Under the pieces are notes generated by a model, which saw only the letters and a program-made list of their open reading frames with translations, ran no database searches and was not told the origin of the DNA. A stretch of 64,000 nt of DNA. Source: Syntrophaceae bacterium. GTDB taxonomy: Bacteria > Desulfobacterota > Syntrophia > Syntrophales > Smithellaceae. Made by a program: the position numbers and the translations under genes. How positions within the stretch are numbered: position 1 is the stretch's first letter; every line of letters starts with the position of its first letter. Below are positions 1 to 9,514 of the stretch, in pieces. The stretch lies in contig JAGPFA010000002.1 of NCBI GenBank assembly GCA_018056765.1, positions 6,590-70,589 of the forward strand, written 5' to 3'.

Positions 1-2
1 CC

Positions 3-329
3 ATGTTCACCGACCCGCAGCGCATGAGAAAAAAAGATCCTGGTGACCCGGATATCTGCAATGTCTTTACCTTTCACGGCCTGTACTCATCACCCCAAAC
101 AGTGTCTGAAATCAACCGGGCCTGCCGAGTAGCCGATATCGGCTGCACAGAGTGCAAAAAAATGCTCGCCGAGCGCATCGCGGAAGAGCTTGCCCCCATC
201 CATGAGCGTATGAATTATTACCTGGAACACCTGCAGGAGATACACGATATCATTTCAGACGGTAACGCCAAGGCCTCACTTATCGCGCGTAAAACGATGG
301 AAGAAGTAAGAGAAGCTGTGAAAATCTGA
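3..329 (+). CDS. trpS: tryptophanyl-tRNA synthetase, C-terminal fragment (gene begins upstream of the window)
   Basis: Open from the window edge. The tail 'ACRVADIGCTECKKMLAERI...' matches the conserved TrpRS C-terminal Cys-containing motif. Confidence 0.75.
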   Translation: MFTDPQRMRKKDPGDPDICNVFTFHGLYSSPQTVSEINRACRVADIGCTECKKMLAERIAEELAPIHERMNYYLEHLQEIHDIISDGNAKASLIARKTMEEVREAVKI

Positions 330-335
330 AAGCTT

Positions 336-1079
336 ATGAACGAAGAGCAAATGACAGATTATGCCATCAAGCTGGATATTTTTGAAGGGCCGCTGGACCT
401 GCTGTTGTACCTTATCAAAAAAAATGAAATTGACATCTACAACATCCCGATTGCCCTGATCACCCGGCAGTATCTGGATTATCTGGATATCATAAAATCG
501 TTGAACCTCGATCTGGCCGGTGAATACCTGGTGATGGCCTCGACACTGGTGCATATCAAGTCCCGCATGTTGCTGCCCGCCCCGGAAGACCCCTCCGAAG
601 AAGAAGAGGAAGGCGACCCCCGGGCAGAGCTGGTGCGCCAGCTCCTGGAATATCAGGCTTTCAAAGAGGCGGCCCAGGAACTATCCGCCAGGCCCATGCT
701 GGAAAGGGATGTCTTCAAGCGCGCGGGCGCGCTGGTGGAGGAAACAAACAAGCCTGATGACGATAATGAGCTCGTCGAGGTGAGCATTTTTGAATTGATC
801 GAGGCGTTTCATCAGGTTGTCTCCCGCCTGGAGAACAAACAGTTGCTGGAAATCGATCTGGAAAAATTGTCATTGACGGAGATCATCAATGATGTCATGG
901 AACGCCTGACGCGTGAAAGAAATCTGACTTTCGAAGAGCTGCTGGGCGAGAAAAAAGACCGCCGCCGCATCGTCTATACTTTTTTGGCGTTGCTGGAGTT
1001 GATTAAATTGAGAATGGTCAAGGCCTACCAGACAGCGGCCTTCGGGGTCATCCGGATTTTCCCGGCCGTGGAGTCGTAA
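336..1079 (+). CDS. scpA: segregation and condensation protein A
   Basis: The N-terminus 'LDIFEGPLDLLLYLIKKNEIDIYNIPIALITRQYLDYL' is the ScpA signature. It is immediately followed by scpB. Confidence 0.9.
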   Translation: MNEEQMTDYAIKLDIFEGPLDLLLYLIKKNEIDIYNIPIALITRQYLDYLDIIKSLNLDLAGEYLVMASTLVHIKSRMLLPAPEDPSEEEEEGDPRAELVRQLLEYQAFKEAAQELSARPMLERDVFKRAGALVEETNKPDDDNELVEVSIFELIEAFHQVVSRLENKQLLEIDLEKLSLTEIINDVMERLTRERNLTFEELLGEKKDRRRIVYTFLALLELIKLRMVKAYQTAAFGVIRIFPAVES

Positions 1080-1952
1080 ATGGAAAATATATCAGCCATC
1101 ATTGAGGCATTGATCCTAGCCTCGGAGGCCCCGCTGGGGCTCGACAAAATATATTCCGTTCTGGAAGGCACGGACAAAGCTCTGATCCGCGAGAGTCTGG
1201 ATAATTTGATTGCCGATTACGAACGACGCGAAGGGGGCATCACCATCGGTGAAGTGGCCGGCGGTTATCAGTTCCGCACCAGGCCGGAAGTGTCGGGCTG
1301 GGTAAAAAGACTCAAAAGCACCAAGCCCCCCACCCTTTCGGCGGCGGCGCTGGAAACACTGGCCATCGTCGCCTACCGTCAACCCGTCATCAAATCGGAA
1401 ATAGAAGGCGTGCGCGGCGTTGATTCCGGAGCGGCCTTGAAAAGCCTTCTGGAAAAAAAACTGGTGCGTATCGTCGGCCGCAAGGACGTACCGGGCAGGC
1501 CCATCATTTACGGCACCACCAGGAAGTTTCTTGAAGTCTTCAACCTGAGAGAACTCACCGACCTGCCGAGCATGCGGGAACTGAGGGAAATCACCGAGCA
1601 GCAAGGTGTCCTTGAACTGGAAGAGGTCCCCACACACATGGCCCTACACCAGGAGGAACTGAAAGAGGCTTTCCCTGAAAAGACCGTCACAACTGAAAAT
1701 GACGACAACTCCATAGTCGAACCACCAACAACGATAACTTCCTTGAATGACCTGCCCCGGGAGCCTGCCGAAGCAAAAGAAACCGTCCAGGCACTGCACG
1801 ATGCGGATACAAAGGTTATTGAATCCGCCCCGGAAGAGTTTTCGGGATCACCTCCTCAAGACGACGAAGAAACACAAAAACGGCAAGAAGACGAATCAAC
1901 TGAAAATGAAGTCCTGCCGCAGGATCCGTCACAGGACGACATTGATCTATGA
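1080..1952 (+). CDS. scpB: segregation and condensation protein B with a long acidic C-terminal tail
   Basis: The motifs 'IEALILASEAPL', 'GYQFRTRPE' and 'LSAAALETLAIVAYRQPV' are ScpB-like. The start abuts the scpA stop. About 100 extra Asp/Glu/Pro-rich residues follow the core. Confidence 0.9.
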   Translation: MENISAIIEALILASEAPLGLDKIYSVLEGTDKALIRESLDNLIADYERREGGITIGEVAGGYQFRTRPEVSGWVKRLKSTKPPTLSAAALETLAIVAYRQPVIKSEIEGVRGVDSGAALKSLLEKKLVRIVGRKDVPGRPIIYGTTRKFLEVFNLRELTDLPSMRELREITEQQGVLELEEVPTHMALHQEELKEAFPEKTVTTENDDNSIVEPPTTITSLNDLPREPAEAKETVQALHDADTKVIESAPEEFSGSPPQDDEETQKRQEDESTENEVLPQDPSQDDIDL

Positions 1953-2677
1953 AAGAGCGTCTGCAGAAGATTATCTCTGCGGCCGGTATCGCCTCGCGCC
2001 GCCACGGCGAAGAACTGATCAGGGCCGGCAGGGTAAGCGTCAACGGTGAAGTGGTCACCGAACTGGGCAGTAAGGCAGATCCGGCACGTGATGTGATCCG
2101 TGTTGACGGCAAAACTATCTCCGCTGCGAAAAACCTTCTTTACATCGCATTGCATAAGCCGGCGGAATATGTGACAACCATGTCCGACCCGCAAAAAAGA
2201 CCCACGGTAGCGGACCTGGTCGGCGATGTGCCGGAAAGGGTCTATCCGGTGGGCAGGCTCGACTACGGCACCTCCGGTCTTTTGCTGATGACCAATGACG
2301 GGATATTTGCGCAAAAAATGCAGCATCCACGTTTTCAGATACCAAAAACCTATCGCGTGAAAATCACCGGTCGCCTCACCAGAGAGGATTTGAAAAAACT
2401 GGCCGCCGGGATCAAACTCTCCGATACCGTGTTCAAACCGGAAAGCCTGACCATCGAAAAAATCAACGAACGAAGCACGTGGGTTCGCCTCACACTGCGA
2501 GAAGGAAAAAACAGAATCATCCGTCGTGGTTTTGAGGCCGCGGGCCGCAGAGTCGCCAGGCTCGTACGGGAATCGGTTGGCGATGTGGATCTCACAGGAC
2601 TGGAAGAAGGAACCTGGCGCGAACTGACAAGCCGTGAAATCAAGCAGTTGCTGGCGCTGGCGGAGCGTCCGGGCTAA
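1949..2677 (+). CDS. rluB: pseudouridine synthase, RsuA/RluB family (S4 domain plus catalytic domain)
   Basis: S4-like N-terminus 'RLQKIISAAGIASRRHGEELIRAGRVSVNG'. Catalytic 'GRLDYGTSGLLLMTNDG' motif. ATGA overlap with scpB. Confidence 0.85.
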   Translation: MKERLQKIISAAGIASRRHGEELIRAGRVSVNGEVVTELGSKADPARDVIRVDGKTISAAKNLLYIALHKPAEYVTTMSDPQKRPTVADLVGDVPERVYPVGRLDYGTSGLLLMTNDGIFAQKMQHPRFQIPKTYRVKITGRLTREDLKKLAAGIKLSDTVFKPESLTIEKINERSTWVRLTLREGKNRIIRRGFEAAGRRVARLVRESVGDVDLTGLEEGTWRELTSREIKQLLALAERPG

Positions 2678-2685
2678 AAATATCC

Positions 2686-2713
2686 TTGACAATCACGTCT
2701 AAATACATAATAG
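2686..2713 (+). promoter_or_regulatory. candidate sigma70 promoter for ihfB
   Basis: Perfect TTGACA at 2686-2691. An AT-rich -10-like 'CATAATAG' lies 14-16 nt downstream, about 75 nt before the start codon. Confidence 0.35.
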
Positions 2714-2785
2714 TCTCACGCGTGTTCATCTTCAGCCTGCCGGAAGCAGGCCATGAAAGCGTCAAACAGTCTTTAAGGAGGCTCT

Positions 2786-3067
2786 ATGAATAAATCCGGT
2801 CTTATTGAAGCTTTAAGCAAGAAAATGAATCTTACAGAAAAAAAAGCAATCGACGTTGTCAACATGGTTTTTAATGGTTTCACCGATGAATTGAAAAACG
2901 GCGGCCGTATCGAAATCAGAGGGTTCGGCAGTTTTGTTGTCAAAGAATATGGTTCCTACACGGGAAGAAATCCCAAAACCGGCACAAAAATCAAAGTGGA
3001 ACCCAAAAAGCTTCCTTTCTTCAAAGTAGGCAAGGAGCTCAAAGACCGGGTGGACAAAAAACAGTAA
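2786..3067 (+). CDS. ihfB: integration host factor beta-like / HU family DNA-binding protein
   Basis: 'RIEIRGFGSFVVKEY..TGRNPKTGTKIKV..KKLPFFKVGKELKDRV' closely parallels the recalled E. coli IHF-beta. RBS AAGGAGG precedes the start. Confidence 0.75.
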   Translation: MNKSGLIEALSKKMNLTEKKAIDVVNMVFNGFTDELKNGGRIEIRGFGSFVVKEYGSYTGRNPKTGTKIKVEPKKLPFFKVGKELKDRVDKKQ

Positions 3068-3090
3068 CAATCCTGCAAGTGTTTGCATAA

Positions 3091-3130
3091 AAAAGAAGGG
3101 GAGACCTTTTACGGCTCCCCCTTTCTTTTA
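3091..3130. terminator. bidirectional rho-independent terminator between convergent ihfB and sodB
   Basis: GC hairpin (AAGGGGAG...CTCCCCCTT) flanked by an A-run on the left and a T-rich run on the right. Confidence 0.55.
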
Positions 3131-3196
3131 TACAGGCTTTTTCTTGCTTTTCGTTTAAACTCCGACTCCCGATGCGGGAGCGAAAAAGATCCGTTA

Positions 3197-3790
3197 TCAA
3201 CCTAAATTTGCATTGACGAAATCCCAATTAATCAGGTTTTGGATGATTGCCGTCTGATAATCACCGCGGCGATTCTGATAATCCAGATAATAGGCATGCT
3301 CCCAAACGTCTATCGTCAACAGCGCCTTTTGTCCATGCACGAGCGGCGTGTCGGCATTGGGTGTCTTGGTAATTTTTAATTTTCCCTCCTCCAGCACCAG
3401 CCAAGCCCACCCGCTGCCGAACTGGGTCAGTCCTGCGTTTTTGAGTTCCTCGACAAATTTTTCGTAGTTGCCGAAAGCTTCATTGATTTTGGCCGCAATC
3501 GGTCCCGAAGGAGCTCCGCCGCCTCCAGGCTTGAGGCAATTCCAGTAGAAAGTATGATTCCAGACCTGGGCAGCGTTGTTGAAGATGCCTGTTTTAGACG
3601 GATCCTGGGCGGCTGTTTTGATGATATCCTCCAGCTCGCTGTTTTCCAACTTAGTTCCCGCGATCAGCTTGTTTAGGTTGTCCACATAAGCCCGGTGATG
3701 CTTTCCGTGGTGGAACTCCAGCGTGTCGGCGCTGATGTGAGGCGCCAGAGCGTCTTTGGCATAGGGCAGTTCGGGTAGTTGTATAGCCAT
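3197..3790 (-). CDS. sodB: superoxide dismutase (Fe type)
   Basis: 'LPELPYAKDALAPHIS..TLEFHHGKHH', 'AAQVWNHTFYW' and 'DVWEHAYYLDYQNRR' are classic Fe/Mn-SOD motifs, with the Fe-type 'WNHTFYW' variant. Confidence 0.88.
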   Translation of the reverse strand: MAIQLPELPYAKDALAPHISADTLEFHHGKHHRAYVDNLNKLIAGTKLENSELEDIIKTAAQDPSKTGIFNNAAQVWNHTFYWNCLKPGGGGAPSGPIAAKINEAFGNYEKFVEELKNAGLTQFGSGWAWLVLEEGKLKITKTPNADTPLVHGQKALLTIDVWEHAYYLDYQNRRGDYQTAIIQNLINWDFVNANLG

Positions 3791-3844
3791 GTTTTTCTCC
3801 TTTCTTAAGTAATGCTTTAAAATGTAAACAGACCGCGTCGTTTG

Positions 3845-4783
3845 TCAAATGTCCCCGGTGGCGCCCGTGGAATCGCTGCGTTGACGTTTTTGATGGTAAA
3901 TGTCTCTTGCGTTTAACCACACGATATTCAGAAACATGAAAACAGCAAAAACCAGCGCCGGCACCCCCGCTTCATTGTTGAAAACGTAAATGGCGATACC
4001 GCCAGCCAGAGAGCAATTCTTCATCGTCGCCAAAAGCATAAGCGAAGACACACCTGGATAAGAAAGGTTATACAGACGTCCTGCCATCAGCAAAAACAGT
4101 GACGATATGACGGTCGCCCCGCAGGCGATCACCGCCACGGAAACGATATCGTCCGGCCACTGTCTGATCAGCTCGGCGTTACCCGCAGTAAGTGCATAAA
4201 ATACAATAAAAAGGCAGATACCCGTAATGAGCTTTTCGTGCCTATTGACCCACACATCCAGATCCTGATCGACAAGGAAGCGGGAGATAAGAAGAGGCAG
4301 GACAATGAGCCCAAAGGGTAAAATGAATAGCCTGTCATAATGAACGGGAAAGAATTTCAAAAACGCGATACCGATCAAAGGAATCAAGATCAGCGCGCCT
4401 GCGTAAGTGCCGGCAAAGCCGGCCAGAATCAAGCCTCGGGCGGATTTGATTTTTTCTCCCAGCGACAACACTAAAGCCGAAGGAGGAACTGCCGCCAGTA
4501 AAACCATTCCTTCCCAGAACTTCTCATCCCGTATCAAAAAAAGTCCGCCCAGAAGAATCAGGTTCCCCAAAAGGAGATAATTCATCAAAATCCCCCAAAG
4601 GGCACCGGCCAGCAGTTCGCCTGGCTTTTTTAAATAACCTGCGGGGAAACGCAAAAGAGTCACAGCCAGCGCCACTGCCAGCGCCGGTAAAACCAGCATG
4701 GAAGCCAGCTCCGAGGCCTGCGGCAGAAACAGCCCCAACGCTAAAGCCATAATGAACAATAAGCCGGAAATACTTGTTTTCAC
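3845..4783 (-). CDS. polytopic inner-membrane protein, putative transporter (family not assignable by eye)
   Basis: About 9-10 hydrophobic helices. The start is uncertain: GTG at 4783 or ATG at 4750. The longer ORF to 4855 adds an implausible Cys/Arg-rich leader. Confidence 0.5.
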   Translation of the reverse strand: MKTSISGLLFIMALALGLFLPQASELASMLVLPALAVALAVTLLRFPAGYLKKPGELLAGALWGILMNYLLLGNLILLGGLFLIRDEKFWEGMVLLAAVPPSALVLSLGEKIKSARGLILAGFAGTYAGALILIPLIGIAFLKFFPVHYDRLFILPFGLIVLPLLISRFLVDQDLDVWVNRHEKLITGICLFIVFYALTAGNAELIRQWPDDIVSVAVIACGATVISSLFLLMAGRLYNLSYPGVSSLMLLATMKNCSLAGGIAIYVFNNEAGVPALVFAVFMFLNIVWLNARDIYHQKRQRSDSTGATGDI

Positions 4784-4907
4784 ATTTAAAACAGCGCCTC
4801 TTCTCCTTGAACAAAAGTGCTTCCCCCGCCAACAATCGTTGCTCGTCCATATCATGTCGTAGCCGGCTTCTGTGTGGCGACTGGCACTACTTATCAGGCC
4901 ATAAACA

Positions 4908-5876
4908 CTAGAGACATACCATCCCTCTTTTCAATTTTTCAAGGTTTCCTTCCATTATTTGAAGAAAAGTCGCCCCCTCGTCAATCTCTTTCCTGCTGAC
5001 ATCCTGACCATTACTCAGCCTTAGTAATACCGCGCCTGTTTCCCCGGCAACAGACTCCGCCATTTGCGGCACTTTGTTGCCGCCATAGAAGATGTGTCTG
5101 AATTTCTGTTTCTTTATTTGTCTGATCAGGGCCAGCGTCTGCCCGGGTGTGGGATGCTCATCTGCGGACAGGTCATAAGCGGGCAGATACAATAAACCAT
5201 ATCTTTGCGCCTGATAGGCAAACGGCCACTGGCCTGCATACAATACATTGCGACTACGGCAGGCAGACAACTGCTCTTTGTATTGACCGTCAAGCCGTCC
5301 CAGCCGGCGCCGATAGTCTACGGCGTTTTTTTTGTATAATCCGGCATTTTTCGGATCTTTATTGATGAAAGCTGCGGCAATATTATCAATCATCGTCTGG
5401 GCGTTTTGAAAATCAAGCCAGATATACGGATCGTAGCCGGTACCGCCATTGAGCTCTCTGTCCGGAGATGCCAAACCCAAATCAGCCTGAATCTGCCCGC
5501 GCGGAGAAGACGGCAGCAAAAATGCCCCCCGGCCTGTTTCCACGGCAAGCATATTGGTTTTTTCAGACGCGGTATTTATTATTTTGTACGCCCATTGCTC
5601 CATTTCAAAACTGACGAACATAAAAACATCGGCCGTGGCCGCCAAGGCGATATCTCTTTCAGTCAATTCGTAATCAAGGGCATCGGTTCCCGGAGGGATC
5701 AGCATCGTCACCGCCACTTTGTCGCCGCCGACCATAGTGGCAAAATCGTATAAGGGAAACACGGATACGACAACCTGCAGGCGATCGTCTTTTTTTGCGG
5801 TGCCGTCACTGTTGGAACAGGCTAAAAATAAAACCACGATAGAGGCGATGATAAGTTTCGCTTTATTTGCCGACAC
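4908..5876 (-). CDS. metal (Zn/Mn) ABC-transporter substrate-binding lipoprotein, ZnuA/TroA family
   Basis: Lipobox 'LFLAC'. 'VVVSVFPLYDFATMVGGDKVAVTMLIPPGTD' and 'DPYIWLD' are typical of cluster-9 binding proteins. No cognate permease or ATPase is adjacent. Confidence 0.78.
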   Translation of the reverse strand: MSANKAKLIIASIVVLFLACSNSDGTAKKDDRLQVVVSVFPLYDFATMVGGDKVAVTMLIPPGTDALDYELTERDIALAATADVFMFVSFEMEQWAYKIINTASEKTNMLAVETGRGAFLLPSSPRGQIQADLGLASPDRELNGGTGYDPYIWLDFQNAQTMIDNIAAAFINKDPKNAGLYKKNAVDYRRRLGRLDGQYKEQLSACRSRNVLYAGQWPFAYQAQRYGLLYLPAYDLSADEHPTPGQTLALIRQIKKQKFRHIFYGGNKVPQMAESVAGETGAVLLRLSNGQDVSRKEIDEGATFLQIMEGNLEKLKRGMVCL

Positions 5877-6046
5877 CTTCGTGACTCTTTTCCTTCCGGA
5901 TGATTCTTCATGCCCACCGCTGTAAAAAGATTATGCGAATCAGAAACAAACAATTTCGCCTTTTTCGGCGGCGGTTTCTTGCCTGAACTCACACCATCAT
6001 GTACGATGAGACCGTCCCGGCGACGGACGTCTTTTCGCAGGATGAT

Positions 6047-7621
6047 TCACTCAGGAAGATTGATCCTGCTGCCGGAGAGCAGCACATCATTTTCAGACAT
6101 ATTGTTGAGCCGTCTTAATTCATCAACGGTAATGGAGCAGCTCCTGGCCAGAGAAAAAAGCGTGTCTCCGTCTTTGACCTTATATTTTTTAAGTTGTTTT
6201 TGCGGCACTGCCGACGGTGGCACTCCAGGAACCGGCACAATTATTTTCCTGCCGACAAGAAGCTTGTCGTTCATTTTCATTTTGTTCAAATCCAGAAGCA
6301 CCTGCAGGCTCGTTCCGTGCTTTCTGGCAATGGCAGACAGGTTATCACCGCGCCTCACCGAATAGAGCGAGGTCTGTACAGTTTCTGGCGTATTCTGCCT
6401 TTTTGCTGCTCTCACAGATATGTTGCCGGGCGGCATGGGGCTTCCCGCAATCGCGGCCCCGGCTGTCGTGATGCCGAAAAAATTGCCCACGGAAGCGGCC
6501 ACGGCCTGAGCGATGGTTTTGCGGAAACTGGTTTTTTTAAGCAACATCTCTTCTTCTGCGTTGGAGATATAAGCTGTTTCCAGAAGAATGGCCGGGATAT
6601 CCAGAAGCTTGAGCACACGGAAAGGAGCTTCATGAAAAACCGGATATTTCAAACAGTGCACACGACCGAGCTGATCGAGCAAATCCGAAGCGTAAGTTTT
6701 CGACATATTGATCGTATGCGTCTGAAACATATTGAGGACAATTTCATCGGACTGGTTACTGCTTTCGCCGTTGGGCACACCGCCGATGATATCGGAGAGG
6801 TTCTCATTGTTGGCCAGCAGTCTGGCTGCTTCATTGCTGGCCCCACGCGTGGAAAGACAGTAAACCGAACTGCCTCTGGCCTGACGATTGCGTGCCGCGT
6901 CGGCGTGCACGCTGATGAAAAGGTCCGCGTTGGCCCGCCGTGCTGTATCCAGGCGGTTCTTAAACGACACATAGTAATCCCCGTCGCGCGTCAATATCGC
7001 CCGGTAACCGGGCATCTTGTCGATCTCTTTTTTGATTTCACGGCTGATGGCCAGGACAACATGCTTTTCATAGGTTCCGTTTCTGCCGATGGCTCCGGGA
7101 TCTTCTCCTCCGTGCCCCGGATCAATCACGATCACTCTCTTTTTCAAAGCTTCAGGCGGCGGTTCCGGAAGCACCGCCTCGTCAACAGCCTGTTGCAGGA
7201 TGATATCCACCACCACGCGGTCAGGCTTCCCCATGAATTTTTTGAGTTTGAAAACTTCTACCTTGAAGTACTCGGTCAAAAACAGCTCGGCCCTGCAGAA
7301 AGCTCCGTCATTCTTCGTGAAAACAATCCTGGAGATACCCGGTTTGTCTATGGGCATTTCCTGGGCAAGAGTTTTTATGAAAAATGCGTCGTTGAATTCC
7401 AGAACAAGAATGTTGTCGCTGATGCTGTACCGGTAATCAGGCTCTCCGCTGAGATCGAAGACCACACGCGTGTGGTCGGGCGCTGCCCAGTAACGCACAT
7501 TTGATATTTCCGTAGCGGCAAGTCCCCGCCCTGTCCACAGCAGGACCGCTATAATCAGCAGTGCAAAAAATATTTGTCGTATTTTATGCGCTTGTCGTGA
7601 AAGCATGAAGCAAATTAACAA
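6047..7621 (-). CDS. N-acetylmuramoyl-L-alanine amidase (AMIN domain, Amidase_3 domain, two C-terminal LysM domains)
   Basis: 'VIVIDPGHGGEDPGAIG' and 'DLFISVHADA' are Amidase_3 motifs. Two LysM-like repeats are present: 'YSVRRGDNLSAIARKHG' and 'YKVKDGDTLFSLARSCS'. Confidence 0.85.
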   Translation of the reverse strand: MLICFMLSRQAHKIRQIFFALLIIAVLLWTGRGLAATEISNVRYWAAPDHTRVVFDLSGEPDYRYSISDNILVLEFNDAFFIKTLAQEMPIDKPGISRIVFTKNDGAFCRAELFLTEYFKVEVFKLKKFMGKPDRVVVDIILQQAVDEAVLPEPPPEALKKRVIVIDPGHGGEDPGAIGRNGTYEKHVVLAISREIKKEIDKMPGYRAILTRDGDYYVSFKNRLDTARRANADLFISVHADAARNRQARGSSVYCLSTRGASNEAARLLANNENLSDIIGGVPNGESSNQSDEIVLNMFQTHTINMSKTYASDLLDQLGRVHCLKYPVFHEAPFRVLKLLDIPAILLETAYISNAEEEMLLKKTSFRKTIAQAVAASVGNFFGITTAGAAIAGSPMPPGNISVRAAKRQNTPETVQTSLYSVRRGDNLSAIARKHGTSLQVLLDLNKMKMNDKLLVGRKIIVPVPGVPPSAVPQKQLKKYKVKDGDTLFSLARSCSITVDELRRLNNMSENDVLLSGSRINLPE

Positions 7622-7823
7622 ACTTTTACGCCAACTGCAACAATTATGCTAAAAAAAAGAAACTCTCCCATGTTTACGAACGCAAACAAACACTCAAATC
7701 AGATGACAGCCGGCTCCGCCAATTAAAAAGGTTGACAACAGCTTTTGTAAATGCGATTTTCGCTCGACCAAACAATAATATCGGAGAGCAACCTTGCCGT
7801 CCAACCCTTTCAAAGAGGCACTG

Positions 7824-9371
7824 ATGAATCCGGCCCTCTTTCCTGTTACCTGGGAGCTTGTTCCGGGAAGGGGCGCCAAAGAACCGCAGCAACAACAGGC
7901 GCTGGAGCTGGCCGGCCGCGCAGCGGCCGGAGGGAGGATTGCCGCCCTTACCATTACGGACAATCCGGGCGGCACACCGGCCCTGTCGGCCGACTTCATG
8001 AGTATGGAGATTGTGAAAAAAGGCATCGAGCCGCTCGTTCATTTCACCAGCAAAGATAAAAACCGCAGTCAGATGGAAAGTCAGCTCTATGCGCTCGACC
8101 GTGCAGGCGTGCGTAATCTGCTGGTGATGACCGGCGACTATCCGGTTTGCGGTTTCGGAGGCAGACCGGCACCTGTTTTCGACCTTGATCCTGTGCACAC
8201 CTTACGTCTGATCACACAAATGAACCGCGGCCTGGAACATCCCGGTCCCAAAGGGAGCATCCGGCTTCAAACATCCGATTTTTTTGCCGGGGCAGTCGTC
8301 TCTCCCTTCAAGGCGACACAAGCGGAACAGATGCTGCAGTACTACAAGCTCAAAAAGAAGATAGAAGCAGGCGCACAATTCATCGTCACGCAACTGGGCT
8401 ATGATGCGCGGAAGTTCCATGAAGTACTTAGGTACATGAAACAAAATGGCATCAACGTGCCGCTGATCGGTAACATCTACATCCTCCCTTTCGGGGCAGC
8501 CAAAATGATGAACCGCAATGATTTGCCGGGCTGTGTGGTCACAGACAAGCTGCTGGCCGATATCGACCGAGAGAGGAACGCTCCGGACAAAGGTGCCAGG
8601 GCCAGAATTCTACGGGCCGCCCGGATGTACGCCATTCTGAAAGGCATGGGCTTCAGCGGCGTCCATATCGGAGGCCACAATATCACCTGTGAGCAGGTGG
8701 AAGAGGTAATCCGTCTGGGTGAGGAGCTTTCTCCCGAATGGCCGAATCTTGTAAAGTTTTTTGATTATCCCATGGAGAACGGATTTTATTACTTTGAAAA
8801 AGATCCGCAAACCGGTTTAAACAGTGAAACACAGTCAAAAAGACAGACCGGCTCCCCCGATGTATCCATTGGGCTGACCTACGGACTTTCACGTTTTTTT
8901 CACCGGCTGATGTTTGAGCCTGGCAAAAATTTATACTCTTTGATGAAAAAGTTCAGTGAAAGGATCGAGGGTTCGAAGGCGGAAGGACTCTTTCATAAGC
9001 TGGAGCACCTGACCAAGGTGGCCCTTTTTGACTGCCGTGATTGCGGGGACTGCGCTTTGATCGATCTGGCCTATCTTTGCCCAATGTCCCAATGCCCCAA
9101 AAACCAACGTAACGGCCCCTGCGGCGGAAGCTTCGGCGGTTGGTGTGAAGTATATCCCCAAAAACGTAAGTGCGTTTTTGTCCGTGCCTATGCCCGCCTG
9201 GCAAAATACGGCGAGGAGGAATGTTTAGGCAAGGAAATCGTTCCACCCTGCAACTGGGATCTTTATCAGAGCTCGTCATGGATCAATTACTACACGGGCA
9301 AAGATCATACGGCGAGAAAAACCGGCAATAAAACCGCCCCTTCGGGCGAGCCCTTACTGCCTACCCGATAA
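7824..9371 (+). CDS. metF: methylenetetrahydrofolate reductase fused to a Cys-rich MetV-like (MTHFR C-terminal) domain
   Basis: MTHFR-like N-terminus ('ITDNPGG', 'HFTSKD', 'NLLVMTGDYP'). C-terminal 'CRDCGDCALIDLAYLCPMSQCPKNQRNGPCGG'. The ATG at 7824 has an AGAGG RBS. The ORF track starts at a TTG 30 nt upstream. Confidence 0.8.
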   Translation: MNPALFPVTWELVPGRGAKEPQQQQALELAGRAAAGGRIAALTITDNPGGTPALSADFMSMEIVKKGIEPLVHFTSKDKNRSQMESQLYALDRAGVRNLLVMTGDYPVCGFGGRPAPVFDLDPVHTLRLITQMNRGLEHPGPKGSIRLQTSDFFAGAVVSPFKATQAEQMLQYYKLKKKIEAGAQFIVTQLGYDARKFHEVLRYMKQNGINVPLIGNIYILPFGAAKMMNRNDLPGCVVTDKLLADIDRERNAPDKGARARILRAARMYAILKGMGFSGVHIGGHNITCEQVEEVIRLGEELSPEWPNLVKFFDYPMENGFYYFEKDPQTGLNSETQSKRQTGSPDVSIGLTYGLSRFFHRLMFEPGKNLYSLMKKFSERIEGSKAEGLFHKLEHLTKVALFDCRDCGDCALIDLAYLCPMSQCPKNQRNGPCGGSFGGWCEVYPQKRKCVFVRAYARLAKYGEEECLGKEIVPPCNWDLYQSSSWINYYTGKDHTARKTGNKTAPSGEPLLPTR

Positions 9372-9437
9372 AAATCGCGCACGATGTAATTTTCACGTTG
9401 ATGATTACAGGCGGATAGTGTAGAAGCACCTCCACAC

Positions 9438-9514
9438 GGGCAATTAGCTCAGCTGGATAGAGCGTTGGCCTCCGAAGCCAAAGGCCGTGAGTTCGAATCT
9501 CACATTGCCCACCA
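9438..9514 (+). tRNA. tRNA-Arg (anticodon CCG)
   Basis: Cloverleaf folded by hand. Acceptor GGGCAAT/ATTGCCC. Anticodon stem TTGGC/GCCAA with loop CUCCGAA. T-arm GTGAG-TTCGAATC-CTCAC. Encoded CCA. Confidence 0.9.

Noticed and set aside
1856-2692. 278-aa ORF on the minus strand.
   Set aside because: It is antisense to rluB and the scpB tail, and its composition is not protein-like.
4908-5876. Possible complete znuABC-type transporter locus.
   Set aside because: Only the binding-protein gene is present. The neighbouring membrane protein does not look like a ZnuB permease and no ATPase gene is adjacent.
6194-7504. 436-aa ORF on the plus strand.
   Set aside because: It lies entirely antisense to the amidase gene, whose Amidase_3 and LysM motifs are unambiguous. 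Its translation is Arg/His/Gly-rich with no recognisable motif. This is a typical shadow ORF in GC-rich coding DNA.
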